A stretch of DNA of 64,000 nucleotides from a virus (lineage: Duplodnaviria > Caudoviricetes): positions 16,033 to 80,032 of IMG/VR virus record IMGVR_UViG_2645728093_000001. One strand, written 5' to 3'. Position numbers and translations under genes: made by a program. Under the pieces are notes generated by a model, which made no database searches, was not told the origin of the DNA, and saw nothing but the letters and a program-made list of their open reading frames with translations. Below, in pieces: positions 43,846 through 53,049 of the stretch; the stretch's first letter is position 1; every line of letters begins with the position of its first letter.

Positions 43846-46548
43846 ATGCAGATCGGCGTTCCATCTCTTCTTCAGCCAGGCGCTTCCCTTGGGGGAGGGG
43901 TGCCAGCCAAGATCGCGCTGCTGCGGGCGAATGGGCTCGCGGCAAAGCCTCTTGTCGCGATGGTGTCGCCTCCGACCATCACGATGAACGCGACGGCGAA
44001 CGCCAATAGCTCGGTTGTCCCCGGCAACTACGACTCGAAGTACACCGCGACCGATCCGCTGTTCACCTATGTCGGTGGCGTGGTCGCCACGCAGGCGTCC
44101 TCCGGCCCTCCGGGAGCGTTCTGGGCAAAGGGCGCGGGCTCTAACTACGGCACGGGCAACGGCTATCAAGGCACAAGCTCGGTCTATTTTCAGACATCGG
44201 ATGCGGACGTTGATATCTCGTTCGTGGCGCAGCTCGGTACTCAATGCGCCTACCGCATCTCGATTGACGTTCTCGACGGCAACGGCTTCAAGGCAACTGC
44301 CTTGCAGCCGCGCACCGACATCCAGGCGCTGGCCGATTTCAGCGGCCATCGCGTCAAGATCGCCAACGGATCGGTGGCGCCGCGCCGGTACCGCATCGAG
44401 TTCGAGAACTTCCTGTTTTTTGCCGGCGTCGACGTCGCTGGCACCATCACGAAGTACGATCCGGGCGGGCCCAAGATCCTCGTGATTGGCGACAGTCATG
44501 TGGCAGGAACGGGCGCGACGTCGAACCTGCTCGGCATGGCGCACAGGCTCAAGGAAGCGCTGGGCGTGCACAACGTTCTGGCGCAGGGGCAGGGCGGCAC
44601 GGGCTATCTGACGACGAACATCGCCGGGACCGAGACGATGCGGGCGCGCATCCCGAACGAGATCACGCCGCGCAATCCCGACCTGATCATCGGTCTACCA
44701 GGGTACAACGATCAATCCCCGACGCCAGCAGCGCTGCAAGCTGAGGTAACGGCGTTTCTCAACGCTTTAGCCACGGCGCTCCCGGGGGTGCCTTACATTC
44801 AAGTAGGGCCGCCCCGCCGCGGCGTCTCGGGGGCCTTCACTCCGACGCAAGCCCGAGCCGACGCGATCAAGGCCGCCGTTCAAGCCGATAGCCGGTACGG
44901 TCGCTTGGTTTTCTTCGTCGATAGTTGGGCCGCCGACTGGGAACATGGCACGGGCCGCGTCGGCGCCACGACTGGCGACGGCAATGCCGACACCTGGGTC
45001 GGTACCGACAACGTGCATCGAACCGACACCGGCCATAACGGCTGGCAAATGCAGATGGGGCCTGCAATCCGCTCGGCGCTGGGCATACCGGAGGCGCCCG
45101 CGATCTCGATCCCGGCGACCAACCTTAAGGCGGTCTACTCCACCACTCGCCTTTCGACGTGGACGGGAAGTTGCATCCGGGTGCAGCGCGCGTCCGATAG
45201 CGCACAGATGGATATCGGCTTCGCCGGGAATATCGTTGACAAGGCGACGGCGGATAGCTTTGCGGCTGGGTCCGCCTTGACCATCGCCAAGGTCTACGAC
45301 CAGTCAGGCAATGGTCTGGATCTTGTCCAGGCGACCGACGCCAACCGTCCAATCTTCTCTCCGCTGAATGAGTGGGCGGGTATCCGGCCGATCACCTTCG
45401 ACACGTGGCCGCAGAGCGCGGTCGCGAAGTGGCTCGATACGCCGGTGTTGGCCGGCCTCAACCGGCAGGCCATCAGCGTCTACATGATGATGGTTGACCA
45501 CTGCCCCAACCAGCAGAACCTCATCTGGGAGGGTTTTTCCGACACGGGATTCGCCACCTCGAATTCGTTCCTGCTCGGCTCTGGTGGCGGTCTAGGTGCG
45601 AATTTCGGGAGTCTGATCTTCAACACGTATTTCCCGCGCAGCCATTTGCAGACGATCACGACCGTGTGCGGTGGATCCAACGTCCGTGCGCGGTTCGACG
45701 GTGTCGAGCGGACGTTCGCGACGGGCGCGATCTCGTCCTCTGCGATCCAAGGGATGCGCTTCGGCAAGAGCTCGCTCAACAACCAGTACAATTCGCAGAA
45801 CGACGTGTTCTGCATTGCTATCTATGCGCAAGCTGACGCCGCGGCGGCGAACCTGGTCGTCGAGAACGCGCTCAATGCTTCGTTCAATCCGGATCGCGCC
45901 GGCAACACCACCTGGACTTACCGACTTGTCGAGGACGGCAATTCTCTGATGAGCGGCGTCGGCGCAGCTTCGCTGCAGAGTGCGGGCTGGCAGGGCGGCT
46001 TTGGCCGTGGCCCGCAAGGCGACGTCCGCGCATGGGAATACTACAACATGGGGCTGGCCGGCCAGACTCTCGCGACAGCCTATACCAACCGCGCGCGTGT
46101 GCTCGGCCTGTTCGACGCGACCAAGTCCAAGAACGTCATCCACATCATCGATCCGACCAACGATATCGGTGTCATCACCTACACCAGCACGGCCGATGCC
46201 CAGACTGGCAACGCGATCTCTGCGCAGAACCTCTACAACAACTATTTCCTGCCATACGTGCAGGCTGCGCAGGCGGCAGGATTCACCAAGATCGTCACCT
46301 CGACAGTTCTCTCGCGGACCAACTTTGGCGTTGGGACTGGAAATTTCAGGGGTGATTGCCGCAACTATTATAACTCTCTGCTGATCGCGGGTGCAGCGGC
46401 AAATGGCTACGTCGTTGCCGACGTCGGGGCCATCTCGCAGCTCCAGAACACCGCCGATCTGACCTATTTCCTCTCTGACGGCATTCATCTAACCACAGCG
46501 GGGTATGCGCTGGTCGAGGCGGTTCGCAAGCCGCTGGAAATCGCTTAG
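43846..46548 (+). CDS. Large protein with two SGNH/GDSL hydrolase domains flanking a lectin/LamG-like domain
   Basis: IGDSH...GYND...DNVH; YDQSGNGLDLVQAT; DGNSL...TNDI...DGIHL. Confidence 0.8.
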   Translation: MQIGVPSLLQPGASLGGGVPAKIALLRANGLAAKPLVAMVSPPTITMNATANANSSVVPGNYDSKYTATDPLFTYVGGVVATQASSGPPGAFWAKGAGSNYGTGNGYQGTSSVYFQTSDADVDISFVAQLGTQCAYRISIDVLDGNGFKATALQPRTDIQALADFSGHRVKIANGSVAPRRYRIEFENFLFFAGVDVAGTITKYDPGGPKILVIGDSHVAGTGATSNLLGMAHRLKEALGVHNVLAQGQGGTGYLTTNIAGTETMRARIPNEITPRNPDLIIGLPGYNDQSPTPAALQAEVTAFLNALATALPGVPYIQVGPPRRGVSGAFTPTQARADAIKAAVQADSRYGRLVFFVDSWAADWEHGTGRVGATTGDGNADTWVGTDNVHRTDTGHNGWQMQMGPAIRSALGIPEAPAISIPATNLKAVYSTTRLSTWTGSCIRVQRASDSAQMDIGFAGNIVDKATADSFAAGSALTIAKVYDQSGNGLDLVQATDANRPIFSPLNEWAGIRPITFDTWPQSAVAKWLDTPVLAGLNRQAISVYMMMVDHCPNQQNLIWEGFSDTGFATSNSFLLGSGGGLGANFGSLIFNTYFPRSHLQTITTVCGGSNVRARFDGVERTFATGAISSSAIQGMRFGKSSLNNQYNSQNDVFCIAIYAQADAAAANLVVENALNASFNPDRAGNTTWTYRLVEDGNSLMSGVGAASLQSAGWQGGFGRGPQGDVRAWEYYNMGLAGQTLATAYTNRARVLGLFDATKSKNVIHIIDPTNDIGVITYTSTADAQTGNAISAQNLYNNYFLPYVQAAQAAGFTKIVTSTVLSRTNFGVGTGNFRGDCRNYYNSLLIAGAAANGYVVADVGAISQLQNTADLTYFLSDGIHLTTAGYALVEAVRKPLEIA

Positions 46549-46721
46549 TACAATCGGTCCGCCTTTCTCGCGGAGCCTCATCTCGTCACTGCAACGTGCA
46601 ACATCTACCCGCGATCTGGACCGGTTGGTGCCGGTAGAGGATTGGTGTCCTCAAGATCGCCGGCTTCATCGCCTGGCACCCTGGCCGGGCTTCCCTTGAC
46701 CCTCAAGGTGACACCAAGCCC

Positions 46722-47153
46722 ATGGAAACCTCCCCGGAAACTGCCTCTACCAAGAAAATCGTTCGTCTCGAGTCCCTCAAAGCCGACCTGCAAAAGGAGC
46801 GGGAAGGCGACTGGATCAAGGCGGTCGATCTCGATCCCAACATCCGCTGGTTCGTCCGGTCGACGAATTTCCCCGACTTCCGAACTTCCCGCGACGCGGC
46901 GATGAAGAAGCTTGGGGAGAAATACGGATCCGATCCCATCCCCGACGACGTCAACGCCGAGGTCATGGGCAAGCTCGCCGTCGAGCATCTGCTTCTCGGC
47001 TGGGAAGGCCTCGACGCCGAATACACCCCGGAAGCTGCGGCCGAGATCCTGACCGACGAGGCCTATCGGAAGGTCAGGTACTCGATCTACATCGCGGCCA
47101 GCCGTGTCGGCACCTCCGAGGTCCAGTACGTCGGCAACACCGCAAAAAACTGA
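46722..47153 (+). CDS. Tail assembly chaperone (gpG-like)
   Basis: LLLGWEGL; ends in slippery A AAA AAC TGA before the tape measure gene. Confidence 0.8.
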   Translation: METSPETASTKKIVRLESLKADLQKEREGDWIKAVDLDPNIRWFVRSTNFPDFRTSRDAAMKKLGEKYGSDPIPDDVNAEVMGKLAVEHLLLGWEGLDAEYTPEAAAEILTDEAYRKVRYSIYIAASRVGTSEVQYVGNTAKN

Positions 47154-47572
47154 GGGCCGCCCTTCGCTATGAGCTCGAGCAGAAGGGTAAGGACGAATGG
47201 CTCGCAGAGCTCGCTGAGGAAGATCCCGACGCCGCGGAGTTCTCCGGGGCGGCGGGTCGACCACAAGATGCCTTCGTGCCGCCAGGTGCGGAAATCTGCT
47301 GGCGGGCCTGGCACGCGCTGAGGTTCGATCGGCAGTACGGCGCCATGGGCGGCGAGTCGCCCATCATGTTCCTTTCGATCGATGCATATGCGCGACGGTA
47401 CCGCATCCGCGGCGCCGCCTTCGAGACGTTCCACGCCTTGGTCGGTGCCTTGGACGAGGAATACCTCGAGCATGTCCAGCGTAAGTCGGACGACGCCCGA
47501 CAGGCCGATGAAGAGCGCCGGCGGGTAGCCGCCCGCGGTCCCGCACCAAATCCCAATGAGGCCACATACTGA
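47144..47572 (+). CDS. -1 frameshift extension of the chaperone (gpGT-like)
   Basis: Heptamer AAAAAAC at 47144-47150; -1 frame is open to 47572 (AWHALRFDRQYGAMGG...LDEEYL). Confidence 0.75.
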   Translation, partial: KKLRAALRYELEQKGKDEWLAELAEEDPDAAEFSGAAGRPQDAFVPPGAEICWRAWHALRFDRQYGAMGGESPIMFLSIDAYARRYRIRGAAFETFHALVGALDEEYLEHVQRKSDDARQADEERRRVAARGPAPNPNEATY

Positions 47573-50500
47573 TGCCTGGCGTCGCTCTCTCATCGCTGAG
47601 GGTTACCTCTGATTTTGACGCCACGGCTTACACCCGTGGCGCTCAACAGAAGGTCGACGCCGACGCTCGCATGATCGCCAGCGACAAGGCGCTCAATGCG
47701 GCACTGGCGCAGTCCGACGCCGCGCTGGCGAAGATCCCCGGCGGCATGGCGTCGGTCAGCAAGTCGCTGCTCGATGGCTACGGAGCCGGCCAGCAGTTCG
47801 AGGCCTTGATCCGCCGCATCAACAACGCGGCCGATCGCGGTATGGGGCTGGACCGGGTCAACCTGCTTCTGGATGCGGCCTACCGGAAGTTTGGGCTGAC
47901 GGCGGATGCGGCAAATCTCGCCGCAACCGGCTACGTCTCGATCACGGCCGCGGTGAAGGAACTCAACGAACAGTACGAGATCCAGAACGAGGTGGCGGCG
48001 CGCGCTGCTGCTGCGATGGCGCAGGTCTCTACGGCGGCCGCGGCTCAGTCTTCGATCAACGCCAGGCTCGGTGTCGGCGGAGGCTCGGGCAAATCTGCCC
48101 AGGAGTCCGCTGACGCGTTCCTGGCACAATTCGGTGGGCTGGAGGGCATCGCTCGCGCGAAGGCGCAGGAAGCCGGCAACGCATTCGCCGCCGATCTTGA
48201 TGCTCGCATGGTCGCCGGCGCCGGGAAGTCCGCGCGCGACTCGGCAAATGCGTTCGACGCCGAACTCTCACGGCTGGACGAGATCGCAGGGATGCGTGCT
48301 CAGCAGGCCGGCACCAATTTCCAGCGCAGCCTGACCGAGGCTCTTGGCGGTGGCGGCGGCTCCGCGACATCCCGCGGCGCGACTTTCTCCGCCCTCGAGG
48401 AGCAGTTCAACAGATTGGAGGCTATTGCAGCCGCGAAGTCGACGCAAATCGCTCAGGCCACGCAACAAGGACTCCGCGATGCGTTCCGGATGGACACGCG
48501 CGCGACCGACTATCAACTGCCCGATGCTTTCGGAAAGACAAACGTAGCGACGGTCAGCGCTCTCGAAGAGATGGCCAAGGCGGAAGAGAAAGCCGCCGCG
48601 CAAGCCGCCGCACTGCGCGCCGAGATCAACCCGCTCGAAGCCGAAATGGTCAAACTCGGCAAGCAGATGGCCGAGTACCGGAAGATGCTCGACCAGGGCT
48701 TAATCTCGAGCTCTGAGTTCGAGCAAGCGCAGGGTATGGCGGCGAAGCGTCTTTCCGACGTCGACATGAACATGCGGGATGCGGCCACCGGCGGCCGCGT
48801 CCTTTCCGGCGAAATGGCCAATCTCGGCTACCAGGTCAACGACGTGGTCACCGGCCTGATGCTGGGCCAGCCGCTGTTCATGATCGCGGCACAGCAGGGC
48901 GGTCAGGTCTACCAGATCTTCTCGAGGTCCAAGGCCAGCGTCGGTGAGTTCGCCGGTTCGTACCTGAGCTCGCTCACCAGCATGGTGACGCCGACCCGGG
49001 CGGTGTTCGGCGGCATCGCGGCCGTGGTCACCACCGCGGCGATCGCGCTGAACAGCTACCTCGACAAGCAGCACCAGGTCAGCATGAGCCTCTTGGGCTC
49101 AGGGCGCGGTTCCGGCGCCAACGCGGCCGGCATCAACGGGATCGCGAATGCGGCCGCCACTCCGAACGGGCTCTCAGTCAGCGAGGCCCGCGAGTTTGCC
49201 TCGACGCTGGTCCAGACCGGCAAGATCGCGAACGACAATCTGCTGCCAATCGTCCAGATCGGCAAGGACATCACGCGCATCTATGGCATCGACGCCACCG
49301 AGGCGGCCAAGATGCTGGCCGACGCCTTCGCGGATCCGGAGAAGGGCGCCACCGAGCTCAACAACTGGCTCGGCTTCCTCGACGCCGGAATGAAGCGCAA
49401 CATCGATAATCTCGTTGCGCAGAACAAGCTATTCGATGCGCAGAAGGCACTTCTTGCGGGCGTCAAATCCGGCCTAACCGGCGTCAGCGAAGCCGTCTCG
49501 ACGTCCTCTACAGTGTGGACAGTCCTCGGGAATGCGGTCTCGAATGCGTGGGACGCGACCGGCGCCTTCATCGCGAAGCAGATCGGGCTGACCGACTCGC
49601 TGGAAGAGAAAATCGCGCGGGCGCGCCAGAACCTCGACGAACTGCGCCGGGGAGGATCGAATACCCAGAACGCCATGAGCGCCGCGACGGGCTTTGGCGA
49701 CATTCTCGGGATCGAGGACACCCCGGATCCGGGCAAGATTGCAGCCGCGGAAGAGGCACTCAATCGGCTCGTCGCGGTCCAGCAGAAGCTGGCTGCGGCT
49801 ACGGATGTCGCCCGCGCGGCCCAGCAGTCCTTCCTCCAGGAGTCCTTGGTCCGCGGACTGTCGCCCGAGATCTCCGCGATCGAGAAGCTCAACAACGACT
49901 TCACGGTGCTCGACGGCCTGATGAAGAGCATCGGCGGCGACGAGGCCGCCGGCGCCCGCCTCGCCGCGCTCGGCCTCAGCATGAGACAGGTGTCGGATGC
50001 TACCGAGGTCGCTCGCGAGAAAATCCGGTCCTTCAAGACCGACTTCGAGCAGTCGATCAGTCAGTCCAACACCGCGCTGCAGGCCATCACGGCGTTCTCG
50101 CCATCGGCCAAGGGCGGCATCGCGTATCAGCAGTCGATCGACTCCAACCGCAACGCGAACCTCACCGCGTCGCAGAAACAGGTCGAGGCCGAGCTCGCCT
50201 ACCAGATCGCGCTGAAGCAGGCCACGACCGCGATATCGGAGCAGGGGCGCGTCCGGCTGCTCACCGCAAACCAGAGCGTCCAGAGCACCCAACTCGAGAT
50301 TGAGCTCGTCGGGAAGTCGGTCGGGCAGCAGGCCGAGCTACGCGCCAATCTTCAGGCTCGCCAGCAGCTGGAGCAGGAAGCCAGCGCGAACCGGACCGCG
50401 TTTGATCAAAAGCAGTACGAGGATCTGAAAAGGATCAATGCTGAGCTTGGTCGCCGGACTGATCTGGCCGCGAAAGCTCAGATCAACCAGGACATCAAGT

Positions 50501-51327
50501 TTGGCAGTCAGACCGCACTGCTTTCACCCGATGATGTCCAGATCGCGCAGCAACTCAAGGGCAGCTATCCGGATGTCGCCACGGCCCTCGGTAGCGTCGA
50601 AGCGCAGGGGCTCCGCACCAATCAGGCCCTGAGCGGGCTGTCGTCGACGATCTCCGGTCAATTGACGACCGGGCTCGCCGACATCGTCGACGGCACGAAG
50701 TCCATAGGCCAGGGCTTCCAGGATATGTCGAGGCTCGTTATTCGCGCGATCGAGGAGATGATCATCAAGATCGCGATCATCCAGCCGATGATGCAGGCGC
50801 TCCAGATGGGGGCCAACAACTTGGGCCTCGGATCGGGGATCACGAACCTCTTCGGAGGAGGCAGCGCTGGACTCGCCAATACCGGCATGGCCGGTAGCGC
50901 GTTTTATGGTCCGGTCGCGCCCAGTGCGCTCGGCAACGTCTTCGCAGGCGGCAATATCATCCCCTTCGCGCGCGGCGGCGTCGTGCACGGTCCAACCATC
51001 TTCCCGATGGCGAATGGCGGTACCGGTCTCGCCGGTGAAGCCGGGCCGGAGGCGATCATGCCGCTACGGCGTGGCCCCGACGGCCGTCTGGGTGTCGCCG
51101 CCGGCGGCGCGGCCAACGACAACCGCTCTTCCGGCGGGGTTGTCGTCAACGTCATCAACCAAACCGGCGTTCAAGCCGAGGCCTCCACGTCTCGTAACGC
51201 CAACGGTGATCTCACCGTCACGCTGAAGAAGATGATGGACGACGCGGTTGGACAGTCACTCTCGTCCGGGAACGGCTCGCGCGTGATGAAAAATCAGTAT
51301 GGCGTCAGGCAGTTTATGGGGTCCTGA
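47572..51327 (+). CDS. Tail tape measure protein
   Basis: 1251 aa Ala-rich; NLGYQVNDVVT...QQGGQ; FARGGVV...GEAGPEAIMPL. Confidence 0.93.
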   Translation: MPGVALSSLRVTSDFDATAYTRGAQQKVDADARMIASDKALNAALAQSDAALAKIPGGMASVSKSLLDGYGAGQQFEALIRRINNAADRGMGLDRVNLLLDAAYRKFGLTADAANLAATGYVSITAAVKELNEQYEIQNEVAARAAAAMAQVSTAAAAQSSINARLGVGGGSGKSAQESADAFLAQFGGLEGIARAKAQEAGNAFAADLDARMVAGAGKSARDSANAFDAELSRLDEIAGMRAQQAGTNFQRSLTEALGGGGGSATSRGATFSALEEQFNRLEAIAAAKSTQIAQATQQGLRDAFRMDTRATDYQLPDAFGKTNVATVSALEEMAKAEEKAAAQAAALRAEINPLEAEMVKLGKQMAEYRKMLDQGLISSSEFEQAQGMAAKRLSDVDMNMRDAATGGRVLSGEMANLGYQVNDVVTGLMLGQPLFMIAAQQGGQVYQIFSRSKASVGEFAGSYLSSLTSMVTPTRAVFGGIAAVVTTAAIALNSYLDKQHQVSMSLLGSGRGSGANAAGINGIANAAATPNGLSVSEAREFASTLVQTGKIANDNLLPIVQIGKDITRIYGIDATEAAKMLADAFADPEKGATELNNWLGFLDAGMKRNIDNLVAQNKLFDAQKALLAGVKSGLTGVSEAVSTSSTVWTVLGNAVSNAWDATGAFIAKQIGLTDSLEEKIARARQNLDELRRGGSNTQNAMSAATGFGDILGIEDTPDPGKIAAAEEALNRLVAVQQKLAAATDVARAAQQSFLQESLVRGLSPEISAIEKLNNDFTVLDGLMKSIGGDEAAGARLAALGLSMRQVSDATEVAREKIRSFKTDFEQSISQSNTALQAITAFSPSAKGGIAYQQSIDSNRNANLTASQKQVEAELAYQIALKQATTAISEQGRVRLLTANQSVQSTQLEIELVGKSVGQQAELRANLQARQQLEQEASANRTAFDQKQYEDLKRINAELGRRTDLAAKAQINQDIKFGSQTALLSPDDVQIAQQLKGSYPDVATALGSVEAQGLRTNQALSGLSSTISGQLTTGLADIVDGTKSIGQGFQDMSRLVIRAIEEMIIKIAIIQPMMQALQMGANNLGLGSGITNLFGGGSAGLANTGMAGSAFYGPVAPSALGNVFAGGNIIPFARGGVVHGPTIFPMANGGTGLAGEAGPEAIMPLRRGPDGRLGVAAGGAANDNRSSGGVVVNVINQTGVQAEASTSRNANGDLTVTLKKMMDDAVGQSLSSGNGSRVMKNQYGVRQFMGS

Positions 51328-51329
51328 GG

Positions 51330-51701
51330 ATGGCACTACCATCATGGCCAGCGGTACCGTATCGGCCCGCCCGAGACAGCTTCCAGCCGATCAAGCCGTT
51401 TCTCGATCCGATCGCGACCGAGATGGAAGGCGGCAACATCCGTCAGCGGCCGCGGCCAGGCGACAACGTCGCAACGCTGGGCCAGTCCATCATGATGACG
51501 CCGGCTGAAGCCGAAACGTTCAAGACGTGGGTCAAGACGACGTTGGCGAACGGCACCGCGCGGTTCACGGCTCAGGTCTGGACTGGGGCTGCGTACGTCT
51601 CGAAGACCTGCCAGTTCGCAAAGGATGGCAAGCCGACATACGGCGCGTTTTCGGCGACCCGCGTCGTGGTTGCCATGAAACTGTTGGTCTACGATTTCTG
51701 A
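51330..51701 (+). CDS. Distal tail protein
   Basis: ATEMEGGNIRQR; F..WV...L.NG; follows tape measure. Confidence 0.7.
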   Translation: MALPSWPAVPYRPARDSFQPIKPFLDPIATEMEGGNIRQRPRPGDNVATLGQSIMMTPAEAETFKTWVKTTLANGTARFTAQVWTGAAYVSKTCQFAKDGKPTYGAFSATRVVVAMKLLVYDF

Positions 51702-52225
51702 TGCCAACACATAACGAAGCCCTGCTCGAGGCATACGCCTCGTGCCCGCCCAGCGCGCGTGTTTACTCCACGCTCGAGATCTGGCAGTCATCGTTTGACG
51801 AGCCGGCGCGCGTTGTCGCGAACGTCGGCGACGACATGGATTTTGGCATCGAAATCGGCGCGCCTCGTAATGGTGGCGAGACCGTCACCTTCATCGCTTG
51901 TCCGTTCGAAGCAAAGTATCCGGAACAGCGTGAGGGGCAGCCACCCTCGACCACAATCACGATCGACAACGTCGGCCGCGAGTTGGTGCCGAAGATCCGC
52001 GCCGCGCAGGGCGTGCGCGAATACATCTCGGTGCTGTATCGCGAGTATCTCAACAGCGATCTAACTGAACCGGCATACGGTCCCGTCGAGTTTGAACTGC
52101 GCGAAGTCAAAATGGTGGGGACGTCGCTGAGCGGAACGGTGGTCGTGAAGAACCTGCAGAACAAGCGGTTCCCGCGTATCACCAAAAACTATGACTACGT
52201 CCAATTCCCGAGTCTTCTGCCTTAA
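51701..52225 (+). CDS. DUF1833-like tail tip protein
   Basis: EAYAS...TLEI...FIACPF...IDNV...YREYL. Confidence 0.75.
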   Translation: MPTHNEALLEAYASCPPSARVYSTLEIWQSSFDEPARVVANVGDDMDFGIEIGAPRNGGETVTFIACPFEAKYPEQREGQPPSTTITIDNVGRELVPKIRAAQGVREYISVLYREYLNSDLTEPAYGPVEFELREVKMVGTSLSGTVVVKNLQNKRFPRITKNYDYVQFPSLLP

Positions 52226-52575
52226 CGGCTGACGGGCTGCAGCGGCACGTAGGAGCGATTTGGGCATCCAAACATCGTGTTGTCTTTGACCATGTTCACG
52301 ATGGCGCCCTTCGAGAGGAAGAACATCGAGAAGTCCGACGTCGCTGTCCATCCGTTGGCGCCGTTCGGGATATCGAGCCTGGCGCAAACCACGGTCTCGC
52401 CGCTTAGGGCTTGCCACTGATCAGAGATCGAGAAGTGCCGCTCCGCCGCGCTGAAATAGGACAGCCCGCGCGCGACCGTCTTGGCAACTTCGTCGGAAGG
52501 GGCTGCGGCGGCCTGGCCGCTGAGGCAGGACAGAATGGCCATCAAGCAAAGAACGAACGGGAAATGGTGGCGCAT
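52222..52575 (-). CDS. Antisense moron, secreted or lipoprotein-like
   Basis: GGAGGAG SD; signal peptide MRHHFPFVLCLMAILSC; VCARLDIPNGANGWT. Confidence 0.65.
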   Translation of the reverse strand: MRHHFPFVLCLMAILSCLSGQAAAAPSDEVAKTVARGLSYFSAAERHFSISDQWQALSGETVVCARLDIPNGANGWTATSDFSMFFLSKGAIVNMVKDNTMFGCPNRSYVPLQPVSR

Positions 52576-52611
52576 TGGGCTCCTCCAGCCGGATTGCCCC
52601 GAGACTAGGCG

Positions 52612-53049
52612 ATGACTATGGGCCCTGTCGATACCCAGCGCCGCGCTGGCTTCTTGGCGCCCCTGATCGGCGAGCCCTGGGCTTGGCAGTCCCGCAACTG
52701 CTGGGACTTCGCCCGCCACGTCCAGCGCGAACTGTTCGGCCTCGAGTTGCCTGGCATCGTCGTCCCATCTGACTTTTCGCGGCGTTGGGTGCTGACAGAG
52801 TTCGGCCGCCATCCGGAACGGGCGAGGTGGCAGGCCGTTCCCGATGGCCCCGGCGGCTTGGTGACGGCCGCGGATGGCGCCCTGGTGCTGATGGCACATG
52901 CGCGCTTTCCCGCGCATATCGGCGTTTGGCTGAGGCCTGAGGCGCGCGTGATCCACTGCGACGACAAGACCGGCGTCGCCTGCGAGGCGCCGCTCGCGCT
53001 GCGCCAGATGGGCTGGAAGAATCTGACTTTCTTCGAACCGAGATCCTGA
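52612..53049 (+). CDS. NlpC/P60-like tail peptidase
   Basis: IGEPW...NCWDF...HIGVW...VIHC. Confidence 0.8.
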   Translation: MTMGPVDTQRRAGFLAPLIGEPWAWQSRNCWDFARHVQRELFGLELPGIVVPSDFSRRWVLTEFGRHPERARWQAVPDGPGGLVTAADGALVLMAHARFPAHIGVWLRPEARVIHCDDKTGVACEAPLALRQMGWKNLTFFEPRS

